From: Alphaproteobacteria bacterium
GTDB taxonomy: Bacteria; Pseudomonadota; Alphaproteobacteria; CAAHEQ01; UBA3637
DNA: 64,000 bases
NCBI GenBank assembly: GCA_045605805.1
Contig: JAZUQR010000010.1
Location: forward strand, 1-64,000
Direction of reading: 5' to 3'
Under the pieces are notes generated by a model. It made no database searches and was not told the DNA's origin. It saw only the letters and a program-made list of their open reading frames with translations. The position numbers and the translations under genes are program-made. Below are positions 50,661 through 60,459 of the stretch, piece by piece. Numbering within the stretch: the first letter of the stretch is position 1; every line of letters begins with the position of its first letter.

Positions 50661-52864
50661 ACTTCACCTCCTGTGGCATTTGGGGATAAAATCTCACGCT
50701 TACCGGCCACATTGGGGGCAGAGATAATACCATCGGCTTCCATGCGTTCAATTAAATCGGCCGCTTTATTATAACCAATGGACAGCCGGCGTTGGATATA
50801 ACTGGTGGTGGGTTTCTTATCACGCAACACCAATTGAACGGCTTTATCATACAAATCATCTCCGCTGTTGCCCCCACCGGACATACCACCGCCAGAGGCC
50901 ATATTTGCCGATTCGGACACAACCGCATCCACATATTCTGGTTTGCCTTGATGTGACCAATGTTTCACCACAGCCAACACATCTTCATCCGCCACAAACG
51001 GCCCATGCACACGAGTGGGTTTATTGCCGGCCGGCATATACAACATATCACCACGGCCCAAAAGTTGTTCTGCCCCTTGTTCATCCAAAATTGTGCGAGA
51101 GTCAATTTTATTGCGCACTTGGAAAGAAATACGAGATGGGAAGTTTGATTTAATTGTACCTGTAATCACATCCACAGACGGACGCTGGGTGGCCAAAATC
51201 AAGTGAATACCCACTGCACGAGCCATTTGTGCCAACCGTTGAATCAATGGGTCAGCCTCTTTACCACATTGCCCCATCAAATCAGCCATTTCATCAATAA
51301 TAAACACTATATATGGCAAGGGCGTTAAATCAAATGCTCGTTCTTCCATAATCGGTTCACCCGTTGCTGCATCAAAACCGGTTTGAACCCGCCTTTTTAA
51401 TTCAATCCCTTCGGCTTTGGCTTGTTTTAATTTTTCATTAAAGCCTGTGATATTTCTGACCCCCAACTGGCTCATTGAACGATAGCGGTCTTCCATTTCA
51501 TGTACCGCCCATTTTAGCGCCATCAAGGCTTTGGGTGGTTCTGTCACCACAGGGGTTAAAAGATGAGGAATGCCATTATAAACCGACAATTCCACCATTT
51601 TTGGATCCACCAAAATCAGGCGACATTGTTCGGGGGTAAAACGATACAAAAGTGACAAAATCATTGTATTGATGCCCACAGATTTTCCCGAACCGGTTGT
51701 GCCGGCCACAAGCATGTGGGGCATTTTTGCCAAATCAGCATAAACAGAACGACCACCAATATCTTTTCCCAAAATAATCGGCAATGCCCCTGTATGTTCT
51801 TGGAAAGACGGTTGTTCCATCATATCCCGAATATACACCGTTTCCCGTGTTGGGTTGGGCATTTCAATACCGATAGCATTCGTGCCTGGGATAACAGCCA
51901 TACGCACAGATGGCACCATCATTTCTCGGGCAACATCTTCTGCCAATGAAATAACTCGGGATACTTTTACACCAGATGCCGGTTCAAACGAATAAAGTGT
52001 CACCACCGGCCCAGGGGCAAACTTTGTAATTTTCCCTTGAACACAAAACTCTTTTAACACGCTTTCCAATTTTTCGGCAATTTGAGTCATCACTTCTTTG
52101 CTTAATGCACTTGAAGCCGAAGCCTTCACAGGGGCCAACAATTCAGAACTTGGCAAAATATAGGCACTTTCTTCGTTCAATTCGGCCATAATATCGGCTT
52201 TTTTCTTATGCACAACCGTTGCTTTTACTTTTTCTTTTGGAGCCGATTTTTTGATTTTATTCACTTGCGCTTTTACATAAATCTGTTTGAACGGTTTTTT
52301 CATCTTTTCAGGCACTTTCACAGGGATTTTTTTCATACCCCACAAGAAACCAAGCCCTGTCCATTTGCCCAATTTTATTACAGGCACTTTGAACGACAAG
52401 ATGATAAGCAACGCACATATCATCCATCCGGTTATTTGTATCCACATTTGTTGCGGGGCATACCATGCGCTTAGATATTTGCCAACAAAGCCGCCTTTGC
52501 CTGCTTTTAACCAATCTGTTGCACTGGCATCCGCCCTTAACCAAGTTATTAAAATCAAGGCAACAATCAAGCCCGTCACACGCCAACGTATATGATTTTT
52601 TTTCATCAGAATAAAAACACCTATCACAAGCAAGACAACAGGTACCATAAAGGCTGCTTCGCCCAACATTTGAAGCAAGGCATCGGCCAGATATGCCCCC
52701 ACACAGCCCAACCAGTTTTGTGTGGGCAAATCAGATGCCGTATTCCATGCGCTGTCCCATTTATGATAGCTTATTAAACTGAGCATACTCATCAGTCCAA
52801 ACGCCAGAGTTAAAGTTCCTTTTACCCAAAAGGGCATTGTTCTTTTTTTCTTTTTTTTCTGCAT
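50657..52864 (-). CDS. ftsK: DNA translocase FtsK
   Basis: 4TM N-terminus, MPHMLVAGTTGSGKS, IDEMADLM, ATQRPSVDVITG, gamma domain. Confidence 0.97.
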   Translation of the reverse strand: MQKKKKKRTMPFWVKGTLTLAFGLMSMLSLISYHKWDSAWNTASDLPTQNWLGCVGAYLADALLQMLGEAAFMVPVVLLVIGVFILMKKNHIRWRVTGLIVALILITWLRADASATDWLKAGKGGFVGKYLSAWYAPQQMWIQITGWMICALLIILSFKVPVIKLGKWTGLGFLWGMKKIPVKVPEKMKKPFKQIYVKAQVNKIKKSAPKEKVKATVVHKKKADIMAELNEESAYILPSSELLAPVKASASSALSKEVMTQIAEKLESVLKEFCVQGKITKFAPGPVVTLYSFEPASGVKVSRVISLAEDVAREMMVPSVRMAVIPGTNAIGIEMPNPTRETVYIRDMMEQPSFQEHTGALPIILGKDIGGRSVYADLAKMPHMLVAGTTGSGKSVGINTMILSLLYRFTPEQCRLILVDPKMVELSVYNGIPHLLTPVVTEPPKALMALKWAVHEMEDRYRSMSQLGVRNITGFNEKLKQAKAEGIELKRRVQTGFDAATGEPIMEERAFDLTPLPYIVFIIDEMADLMGQCGKEADPLIQRLAQMARAVGIHLILATQRPSVDVITGTIKSNFPSRISFQVRNKIDSRTILDEQGAEQLLGRGDMLYMPAGNKPTRVHGPFVADEDVLAVVKHWSHQGKPEYVDAVVSESANMASGGGMSGGGNSGDDLYDKAVQLVLRDKKPTTSYIQRRLSIGYNKAADLIERMEADGIISAPNVAGKREILSPNATGGEV

Positions 52865-53511
52865 TAAAGCCCCCCATTTTGAGCCAATTTTTCAATCGCT
52901 TCCTTCACCAAATAAATTGTGATTCTTCGGCCTTTTGCCAAAGACAATTCATCTGTCATATTGACCACCTTTTGAACGGCTGCAAAAGAACGAGGCACTC
53001 GGGTGGCAATATACATCAACACAACCGGTTCTACCACCGCCTGTTTATCTGTGAACATTTTGGCACACACAGACATAATTGTTTTATCGTCTGGCATTTG
53101 AATTTCTGCCTTGGGCGTCATACCAATTCGGGATTGCAAATCTGGCAACGCAAATTGGGGGATTTTTCGGGCGGTCATCAACAAACCGCCTTGTTTTTCC
53201 TGCATTCGGTTAAACAAATGAAACAAGGCTTTTTCGTTTTGCAATTCTTCTAAGTTTTCCACCACCACTTTTTGACTTTGCGGCATGAAATCTTCTGTCA
53301 GGTCTTTGGCTTCTATGCGTTCTTCGGAAAAAATGGATGCCAAATGGGTTTTGCCAGACCCTTCTTCCCCATAAATCAACAGGGCGTGCATCGGCCAATC
53401 CGGATAGTTGTCAATCCAAGAAATTGCTTCCTGATTACAATTTGCTACCCAGAAGTTTTCTCGTCCATAGGCTTGGCGTGATGGAAATTCAAGAGCCAAC
53501 TGTTCGGTCAT
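52864..53511 (-). CDS. hdaA: DnaA regulatory inactivator HdaA
   Basis: Clamp-binding EQLALEF, GEEGSGKTHLA, LFHLFN, LPDLQSR. Confidence 0.9.
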   Translation of the reverse strand: MTEQLALEFPSRQAYGRENFWVANCNQEAISWIDNYPDWPMHALLIYGEEGSGKTHLASIFSEERIEAKDLTEDFMPQSQKVVVENLEELQNEKALFHLFNRMQEKQGGLLMTARKIPQFALPDLQSRIGMTPKAEIQMPDDKTIMSVCAKMFTDKQAVVEPVVLMYIATRVPRSFAAVQKVVNMTDELSLAKGRRITIYLVKEAIEKLAQNGGL

Positions 53512-54554
53512 TCACTCCCCTTATAAAACTTTGTTGTTTGATACCATTTCATTAAATTGCGCATAACTACCCCTAAAACTGCTGCCACAGGAACCGCCAA
53601 CAAAACACCCATAAAGCCGGACAAAACACCACCGGCCAACAAGGCAAAGATCACCCACACCGGATGAAGCCCTACTCGCTTGCCAACCAGATAAGGTGTT
53701 AAAAAATAACTTTCTATTACCTGACCAAAAATAAAAACAACCGCCATCCAAATCCATTGAGCCATACCTAAACCCTGTAATAATCCCAACAGAATACTTA
53801 AAAGCATTCCCACCCCAAAGCCAATGTAGGGAATGAATGAAAAAAGGCCCGTCAGCAATCCCACCAAAATACCCATATCCAACCCGACACAGGACAAAGT
53901 AATCGCATAGTATAATGCCAATATCAAACAGACACTTGCTTGACCACGAATAAAACCAGATAAGGTGGTATTGATTTCTTTCATAATGTTTTGAACGGTG
54001 GTTCTTTTTTTCATAGGAATCATCTCCTTTGCACTTTGCGCAACTTGTGGCCAATCACGCATTAAATAGAACATTACAACCGGTGTGATCAGCACCAAAG
54101 ACACAAGGCTGAACACTGCCACACCGCCCGAAATAACACGCATCATTGCCGTGCCAAGCCCTTGAAACACATTTAAGGTTGTTTGTGACACAGAATCCGA
54201 CAGCTGATACAGTTGCTGTTCTGTGATATTCAAGCGACCGTATGTCAATACATCTTTTAATTTTTCCCATACCAATGTTGTTAAACGGGGAATACGCAAC
54301 ATAAAATCCATTACTTGCGCTTGCAAAATCGGCACCACAATCAACACAACGGAGATTACCAAAAATACAATCAGCGACACAAGCATTCCCGTTGCCCAAC
54401 CTCGTGATATTTTTTTTGACATTTTATCCACAATCGGATTTAGGGCAAACGCAAATACAAGTGCCAAAACAAATGGCAACAAAATATCGCTGATACGATA
54501 AATAAACAGCCCTAAAACTGTAATACCCAAAAGAATCCAATGTGTTTTATTCAT
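53508..54554 (-). CDS. AI-2E (PerM) family transporter
   Basis: ILLPFV, GFIRGQ, FIPYIG, LTPYLVGKRVGLHPVWVIFALL. Confidence 0.93.
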   Translation of the reverse strand: MNKTHWILLGITVLGLFIYRISDILLPFVLALVFAFALNPIVDKMSKKISRGWATGMLVSLIVFLVISVVLIVVPILQAQVMDFMLRIPRLTTLVWEKLKDVLTYGRLNITEQQLYQLSDSVSQTTLNVFQGLGTAMMRVISGGVAVFSLVSLVLITPVVMFYLMRDWPQVAQSAKEMIPMKKRTTVQNIMKEINTTLSGFIRGQASVCLILALYYAITLSCVGLDMGILVGLLTGLFSFIPYIGFGVGMLLSILLGLLQGLGMAQWIWMAVVFIFGQVIESYFLTPYLVGKRVGLHPVWVIFALLAGGVLSGFMGVLLAVPVAAVLGVVMRNLMKWYQTTKFYKGSE

Positions 54555-55638
54555 AGTATGTGACCTTTGTTAAAGTTGCACCATTTCCCATAAAATCCTT
54601 ATTCAAACGCCATCCGTATGCCAACAATTTTTGTTCTACTTCACCCAAGTTATCTTTATAAACCGCTTCCAACAAAACCTGAGGCAAATAGATGCCTTTT
54701 AACGAAATCTTTTCAAAGAACGACCAATTTTTCATTTGCTTTTCCAACTTTTTCCATTCAGCCAATGATGCAATGGGGACACGCAGATACAATGTTCTGT
54801 CTTTGTTCAAGCTGCTGTTTTCATCTTGCCGCCAACGGTGTTCCATTTCTTTGAACACAGCTTTGGACATTTGATCCGCTGCTGCCACAGGGTGACCAGC
54901 AGAAAACCTAAACTTTTTCAACACTGTTTGATTTTGCATCTTTTCACTTGGATAAAACACAATGTTCATTTGCCACAAATCGCCTTCTTCTTGCATCAAA
55001 GTTAAAAGAGCCAATTTTTCTTTGTTGTATTTTTTTAACCAATCCATCAACAGTTCCGGATTTTTATATTCGTTGATTGCCTTCTCGGCTATGGCTTGTT
55101 CCTCGGCTGTTCCCATTGGCACTATGGCTTGATAAAACGGAGCAAACGCCTTGTCTTTTAAGGCCATATATAATGGATTTTGTTCATTCAGAATTGCACT
55201 TTGCGTTTGCGTCACATAGTGTGGCACAACCAACAAAGACGGTGCTTGGGTTTTCAAATAGGTTGCTTCGGCCTTTTGTAAGAACTCTTGCACAGCAGAT
55301 GGGTTAAACTCCACCCCAATTGTGCCAATGTATTTTGTATTCGTTGTTTTTTCCTTTTCAATAGACACGCCCAACACATACGACAGCACTTCTTGTTCAT
55401 TTGGGACAGGCAGTTTTGACACATTTTCCGGTGACAGACGCATCATCAGCTGTTGAAAAGCCACAACTTGCGCTTCAGACAAGGCCGCTTCTTTGGCTTG
55501 TAAGGCCGATTCTCTTTCAGCGGTCACCTCAACGCCTGTGATTTTATACAAGTTTGCCTGTGCCGGTACAACGCCCAACAGCATCCACAGCATCGCAAAC
55601 ACCCAACCTGTTTTTTTAATCACATTTTTGATTTTCAT
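54547..55638 (-). CDS. DUF2066-family exported protein
   Basis: Signal peptide, YKITGVEV...AKEAA...AFQQL...YIGTIGVEFN; position upstream of AI-2E/hdaA. Confidence 0.7.
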   Translation of the reverse strand: MKIKNVIKKTGWVFAMLWMLLGVVPAQANLYKITGVEVTAERESALQAKEAALSEAQVVAFQQLMMRLSPENVSKLPVPNEQEVLSYVLGVSIEKEKTTNTKYIGTIGVEFNPSAVQEFLQKAEATYLKTQAPSLLVVPHYVTQTQSAILNEQNPLYMALKDKAFAPFYQAIVPMGTAEEQAIAEKAINEYKNPELLMDWLKKYNKEKLALLTLMQEEGDLWQMNIVFYPSEKMQNQTVLKKFRFSAGHPVAAADQMSKAVFKEMEHRWRQDENSSLNKDRTLYLRVPIASLAEWKKLEKQMKNWSFFEKISLKGIYLPQVLLEAVYKDNLGEVEQKLLAYGWRLNKDFMGNGATLTKVTYYE

Positions 55639-55720
55639 TTGCTTTTCCTACCTTTTTCTTATATTCTAGTAAAATCAATGCAAAATGCAAGAAAAAACAC
55701 AATAAAGGAGAACAAAAAAT

Positions 55721-56074
55721 ATGTCTTATGATTCAAATAATGTTTTTGCCAAGATTTTACGCAAAGAAATCCCCAATCAAACCATTTTTGAAAATGACTT
55801 TGTGTTGGCCTTTTATGATATTGCTCCAAAAGCCAAGATTCATGCGCTTGTCATTCCCAAAGGAGCTTATATTGATTTCAAAGATATGATAACTTGTGCT
55901 TCACAAGAAGAAATCAATGGGTTTTTACAAGGTATTTTGGAAACTGTGCGTGTTTTGGGGATAGAACAGGAAGGCTATCGCCTTGTGATGAATACGGGAA
56001 AAAACTCCGGCCAAGAAGTGCCTCATTTGCACGCACACATTTTGGCCGGTGAAAAACTTTCCACGCAATTATAA
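55721..56074 (+). CDS. hinT: HIT-family nucleotide-binding protein
   Basis: YDSNNVFAKILRKEIP, GQEVPHLHAHIL histidine triad. Confidence 0.92.
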   Translation: MSYDSNNVFAKILRKEIPNQTIFENDFVLAFYDIAPKAKIHALVIPKGAYIDFKDMITCASQEEINGFLQGILETVRVLGIEQEGYRLVMNTGKNSGQEVPHLHAHILAGEKLSTQL

Positions 56075-56947
56075 TTCAATAATTTCGTAATTTTCAGGGT
56101 TCGCAAACAATGCCCGCAACAATTGGTTGTTGTGGAAGTGTCCTGATTTTACGCCCGTAAAACACCCAATAATCGGCATACCGGCTTCGTATAAATCCCC
56201 CACCGCATCTAACACTTTATGTTGTACAAATTCGTTTTCAAACCGCAAACCATCCGGATTTAACACTTCATCCCCTTGAATGGCAATAGCGTTTTCCAAT
56301 GTTGCCCCTTTGGCAAGCCCCATCGCACGCAGTTGTTCCACCTCGGCAGCAAAACCAAATGTTCTTGATGGCGCAATTAAAGCCTTAAAACCGGCCAAGT
56401 TCAAATCAAAATGCACTTGTTGATGTCCAATCACTTTTGTTTGCGGAAAGTCAATTTCAAAATCAAAGGACAAGCCTGTGTCGGCCGGTGCTAATTTTGC
56501 CGAAGCGCCTTTGCCGTCTTCAAACACAACTGTTTTTAATACTTTTACCGCCTTGACAGGTGCTTCCTGTTCTTCCAAGCCGCCTTGTTCCAACGCTTGC
56601 ACAAACTCACGGGCAGAGCCATCCATCAAAGGCACTTCCGGTGCAGAAATATGGACAATCAGATTGGTAATGCCCAAGGCTGCCAAGGCCCCCATAAAAT
56701 GTTCCACTGTTGACACAATCACGCCCGAAGCGTTGCCGATACAGGTATTCATTCGGGTATCCACCACACAATCCCATTTTGCAAAAATTTTATTGTCTTT
56801 ATCTTTCACATCAGTCCGATAAAAAATAATGCCTGTGTTTTCAGGGGCCGGCTTTAAGGTCATTTGAACAGACTTGCCCGAATGCAAGCCAACGCCTTCA
56901 ATCGTGAGTTCATTTTTAATTGTTTTTTGCTTGATTTGTTCTGTCAT
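56069..56947 (-). CDS. lpxC: UDP-3-O-acyl-GlcNAc deacetylase
   Basis: GVGLHSG, STVEH, EVPLMDGSA, RTFGF, HKVLDAVGDL, SGH. Confidence 0.96.
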   Translation of the reverse strand: MTEQIKQKTIKNELTIEGVGLHSGKSVQMTLKPAPENTGIIFYRTDVKDKDNKIFAKWDCVVDTRMNTCIGNASGVIVSTVEHFMGALAALGITNLIVHISAPEVPLMDGSAREFVQALEQGGLEEQEAPVKAVKVLKTVVFEDGKGASAKLAPADTGLSFDFEIDFPQTKVIGHQQVHFDLNLAGFKALIAPSRTFGFAAEVEQLRAMGLAKGATLENAIAIQGDEVLNPDGLRFENEFVQHKVLDAVGDLYEAGMPIIGCFTGVKSGHFHNNQLLRALFANPENYEIIEL

Positions 56948-57047
56948 TTTTACTCCTTTTTTTCTTTATCCTAGCACAAACCAAAACAAAAATCAACATT
57001 CCAAAGAACAGTTGCGCATTTGCTTTACCTTCAACCATTTTACGCTT

Positions 57048-57995
57048 ATGAAAAATGCAAAAGACTATACTGTTGCTGTGTTAGGCACTCAAAATGCGGT
57101 GGGACAGGCTATTTTAGCCGAGCTGGAGTTGCAAAACTATCCCATAGAACTTGTACATCCTTTGGATTTACACCAAGAGTCGGGTGGGCATATTTTATAT
57201 CAAAACCAACTGCTCACCTCTTTTGCGTTGGATTTATTTGATATGACTCAGCCACATATTTTATTTTTATGTGAACCTCGCATTTTTGAACGCTATCCAC
57301 ATCATTTTTTACATGGCAAAAACTGGATTATTGATTGCACAGGACGCTTACACAAAGCCCCTTGTATTATTCCAAGCCTGAATCCACAAAACATTTTGTG
57401 TGCTGGGCATAAATGTTTATGCGCCCCCAATTCTGCCACCATTGCTTTGGCCAGCGTTTTACATCCTCTTCATGAAAGATATGGGGTTGACAGCGCAGAA
57501 GCAACCGCCATTTTGGGGGCATGGTATCCGCAACCAAATCTTGCGGACAAACTTATTTATCAAACACGGCAGTGCTTTGCGCAAACTTCTTCGGTTTCTT
57601 TTTCGCCCACCTTGGCTTTTAATCTGATTCCCGAGTTTTTTCACAAACTTATTCCTCTTATTCAGCACCAATTACATTGTTTTGTTTCTTGTCCGGTTCA
57701 GATTCACTCTTGTTTTGCACCTGTTTTGCGTGGCGGTGTGTTTTTTGTTCAGATTGTACTTCATAAAACAGCACGTCTTTCGGGGATTCGTGCCATTTTT
57801 CAAAACAATTCTTTGTGCCAGATTTTGGAAACCCCACAAACTATCGGCACACATGATTTGGTGGTTGAGGATAAACTTTATCTTCAAAACCTTACTCTTT
57901 CACACAATAAATTGTCTTTTTGGTTGATGCAAGACCCTGTTCAAAGCGGCTTTATTCAAAATGCTGTGAAAATTATGACTCTTTTACAAAAATGA
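57048..57995 (+). CDS. Degenerate aspartate-semialdehyde dehydrogenase-like protein (Asd/Usg fold; catalytic residues lost)
   Basis: YTVAVLG..NAVG, IIPSLN, APNSAT (Asd: NPNCST), LAFNLIP, APVLRGG (Asd: VPVxxGH). Confidence 0.7.
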   Translation: MKNAKDYTVAVLGTQNAVGQAILAELELQNYPIELVHPLDLHQESGGHILYQNQLLTSFALDLFDMTQPHILFLCEPRIFERYPHHFLHGKNWIIDCTGRLHKAPCIIPSLNPQNILCAGHKCLCAPNSATIALASVLHPLHERYGVDSAEATAILGAWYPQPNLADKLIYQTRQCFAQTSSVSFSPTLAFNLIPEFFHKLIPLIQHQLHCFVSCPVQIHSCFAPVLRGGVFFVQIVLHKTARLSGIRAIFQNNSLCQILETPQTIGTHDLVVEDKLYLQNLTLSHNKLSFWLMQDPVQSGFIQNAVKIMTLLQK

Positions 57996-58027
57996 GGACT
58001 TGACTTTTTTTTAATTCTCTGTCATCA

Positions 58028-59485
58028 ATGGATGATATGAAACGATTGTTAAATAAAATTCAAGATTTACCTTCTCAATTAAAGAACGCCAAAACGCTGG
58101 TGCGGCAACATTTAACAACCATTGATAAACAATTTATTTTAATTGTTATTTTGATGCTTTTGTTGTGTACTGCCACACTTCCGCTTGTGCTGACACCCAT
58201 TCAAAAAACACCATCCTCTGATGTTAAACCCTCCGAAGAATCGGATGTGCCACCCCCAGAGGAAATCGCTGTTTTAACCGAGGCAGAGGTTGTTCACGAA
58301 GATTTGGGAGATGAACCCGTTGAAGAACGCACAGGTCCATCTGTCAAAGAATTGGAACAACGAGCTGTGTTGGGTGAAGTGAAAGCGACTACGGTCACCA
58401 TGCAAAAGGGCGATACACTTTTGGGATTGTTGGCCGATCAAAATACAGATTCGGCCGAACGGGTGGAAATTGTTGAAGCATTGGAATTGATTTTGGATTT
58501 GAAGTCATTGCGCCCCGGCCTTTCTTTTATGTTTTTCCATGATTTAGACAACAAACTTTTGGGACTTACCGTTCAACAAAAAGATAATGAGGTATTGGCT
58601 GTTTTGCGTGAAGGTGAAAGTTCGTGGATTACTTTTTCTCAAACCGGGCGGGTGGAAACAAAACAACAATCTGTTCAGGTTGTGATTGAACGCACTTTTG
58701 CCGGTTCGGCACAAAAAGCGGGTGTGCCAGCCAATGTGGTGAATCAGGTTATTGGAGCTTTGGATGGTGAATTTGACTTTGCCACAGAAATTAAACCCGA
58801 TGATGTGGTGGATTTATTGATGGAATATAAGGTGACAGAAGGCGGATTGGAAATCGGTTCCAAACAATTACTCTATATCGGCTTAAAAACCGCCACAAAG
58901 GCTTTTCATAAATATGCTTATAACGGCACTTTTTACAATGCTCGGGGAAAAACAGCCGAAAAATCCATTATGAAACGCCCCTTAAAGGCTCGGCCCCGTC
59001 TTTCTTCTGCTTTTGGAAAACGCAGACATCCTGTTTTACAATATGAAATCTTTCATAAGGGGGTGGATTTAGCAGCCCCTACCAATACTCCGATTGTTGC
59101 CGCAGCAGATGGAAAAATTGAAATTATCGGCCGCAAAGGTTCCTATGGCAAATATATTCGCTTGAAACACAAAAGCGGATATCAAACTGCTTATGCTCAT
59201 ATGAACGGATACAGGCAAGATTTGAAGGTTGGCAGCCAAGTCAAGCGGGGCGAAGTGATTGGCTATGTGGGATCTACTGGTCGTTCAACCGGCCCGCATT
59301 TACATTTTGAAGTGATTAAAAACGGCAAAGTTGTCAATCCTTTTGGGAATAACAGAATTGCCAGTATTCAATTGACAGACTTTGAATTGGAAAAGTTCCA
59401 ATCATGGGCGGAAAGTATTCATCCTGATTTTCACATTCATTTAGCCGGTAAAATCCCACCTGTTCAAAAGAAAAAGCCTTTTTAA
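58028..59485 (+). CDS. Membrane-anchored M23 peptidoglycan endopeptidase
   Basis: TM anchor; HKGVD, YAHM, GRSTGPHLHFEV intact Zn ligands. Confidence 0.92.
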   Translation: MDDMKRLLNKIQDLPSQLKNAKTLVRQHLTTIDKQFILIVILMLLLCTATLPLVLTPIQKTPSSDVKPSEESDVPPPEEIAVLTEAEVVHEDLGDEPVEERTGPSVKELEQRAVLGEVKATTVTMQKGDTLLGLLADQNTDSAERVEIVEALELILDLKSLRPGLSFMFFHDLDNKLLGLTVQQKDNEVLAVLREGESSWITFSQTGRVETKQQSVQVVIERTFAGSAQKAGVPANVVNQVIGALDGEFDFATEIKPDDVVDLLMEYKVTEGGLEIGSKQLLYIGLKTATKAFHKYAYNGTFYNARGKTAEKSIMKRPLKARPRLSSAFGKRRHPVLQYEIFHKGVDLAAPTNTPIVAAADGKIEIIGRKGSYGKYIRLKHKSGYQTAYAHMNGYRQDLKVGSQVKRGEVIGYVGSTGRSTGPHLHFEVIKNGKVVNPFGNNRIASIQLTDFELEKFQSWAESIHPDFHIHLAGKIPPVQKKKPF

Positions 59486-60459
59486 TTGTTTTGTTCTTTA
59501 ACCGTTTCAGTTGTTTCCATGTCTGGCGTGTTGTTTTTGGTTTTGACCAACGGTTCCGCCTCCCTGAATCTTAGGCCCCAATCATTTATCACTTTTCGGA
59601 CCATACGGTTCGGCACTTGCGGATTTTGGTAAAACTCCTTTAATCCGTCTGATAAAATCTGTTGTAATTTTACACAATCGGTTGCCCTTGTGATGACCAT
59701 ATACATACTGGCTTCCAATAATGCTTTTTGCGCAGAAACAATATCTTCGTGCAACTTATATCTTCTTAATTCCGCTTCAATAGAATATGGGCTTCCGATT
59801 AAATAGTCATATTCATTGGACATCAATTTTTTGAAGGCATCTTCCGTTGTGGTTAGCTCTATATCCATCTCTTCACTCAGGTGCCTTGAAAAAAGCGGAT
59901 AAATGTTTTCGGTGCGTCTCATCATTCCTCGCTTGAAGATTAAACTTTCCATATTTTTTACAGGAAACGCATTTTCCTGTTTATAATATACTGTAAAGAT
60001 ATTGGCAAACAGTGCCGGAAACAAGGCCACCATTCCTTTACCAATGGTTTGTTGTGGGGTGTAAATCCCCAACAAAACATCCAGATTCCCTTTTTTCAGT
60101 GCAGCAATTGCTTCTTGATCTTTGGTGTATCCTACCACTTCATATTTAAGGTTTAACTTTTTTGCTACTTTTTCAAAAACATCCAAGGTAAAGCCTTTGC
60201 TGAGCAACTTTTGTGCGCCCCCTGCTGTACGGATTGATTCAACCCATCCAAAGGGCCGATTGTTCACCGTTGTGGCCACCCGAATGGGGCGTGAAAAACC
60301 GCATTCAGCAATACGATCAATTTCAACCTTTTCCTCTTTCACAGGCTCTTCAATTAAAACACCGTTTGCCATACGCTTTGGTCGGGCTGCCATCACCACA
60401 GAAGAAGCCATTAAAACCCCAAACATCACCCCATAACAAACACTCTTTTTTATGTTCAT
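59482..60459 (-). CDS. Periplasmic solute-binding protein (family 3-like)
   Basis: Signal peptide, NRPFGW...GFTLDVFEKVAKKLNL...ALKKGNLDV. Confidence 0.75.
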   Translation of the reverse strand: MNIKKSVCYGVMFGVLMASSVVMAARPKRMANGVLIEEPVKEEKVEIDRIAECGFSRPIRVATTVNNRPFGWVESIRTAGGAQKLLSKGFTLDVFEKVAKKLNLKYEVVGYTKDQEAIAALKKGNLDVLLGIYTPQQTIGKGMVALFPALFANIFTVYYKQENAFPVKNMESLIFKRGMMRRTENIYPLFSRHLSEEMDIELTTTEDAFKKLMSNEYDYLIGSPYSIEAELRRYKLHEDIVSAQKALLEASMYMVITRATDCVKLQQILSDGLKEFYQNPQVPNRMVRKVINDWGLRFREAEPLVKTKNNTPDMETTETVKEQNN

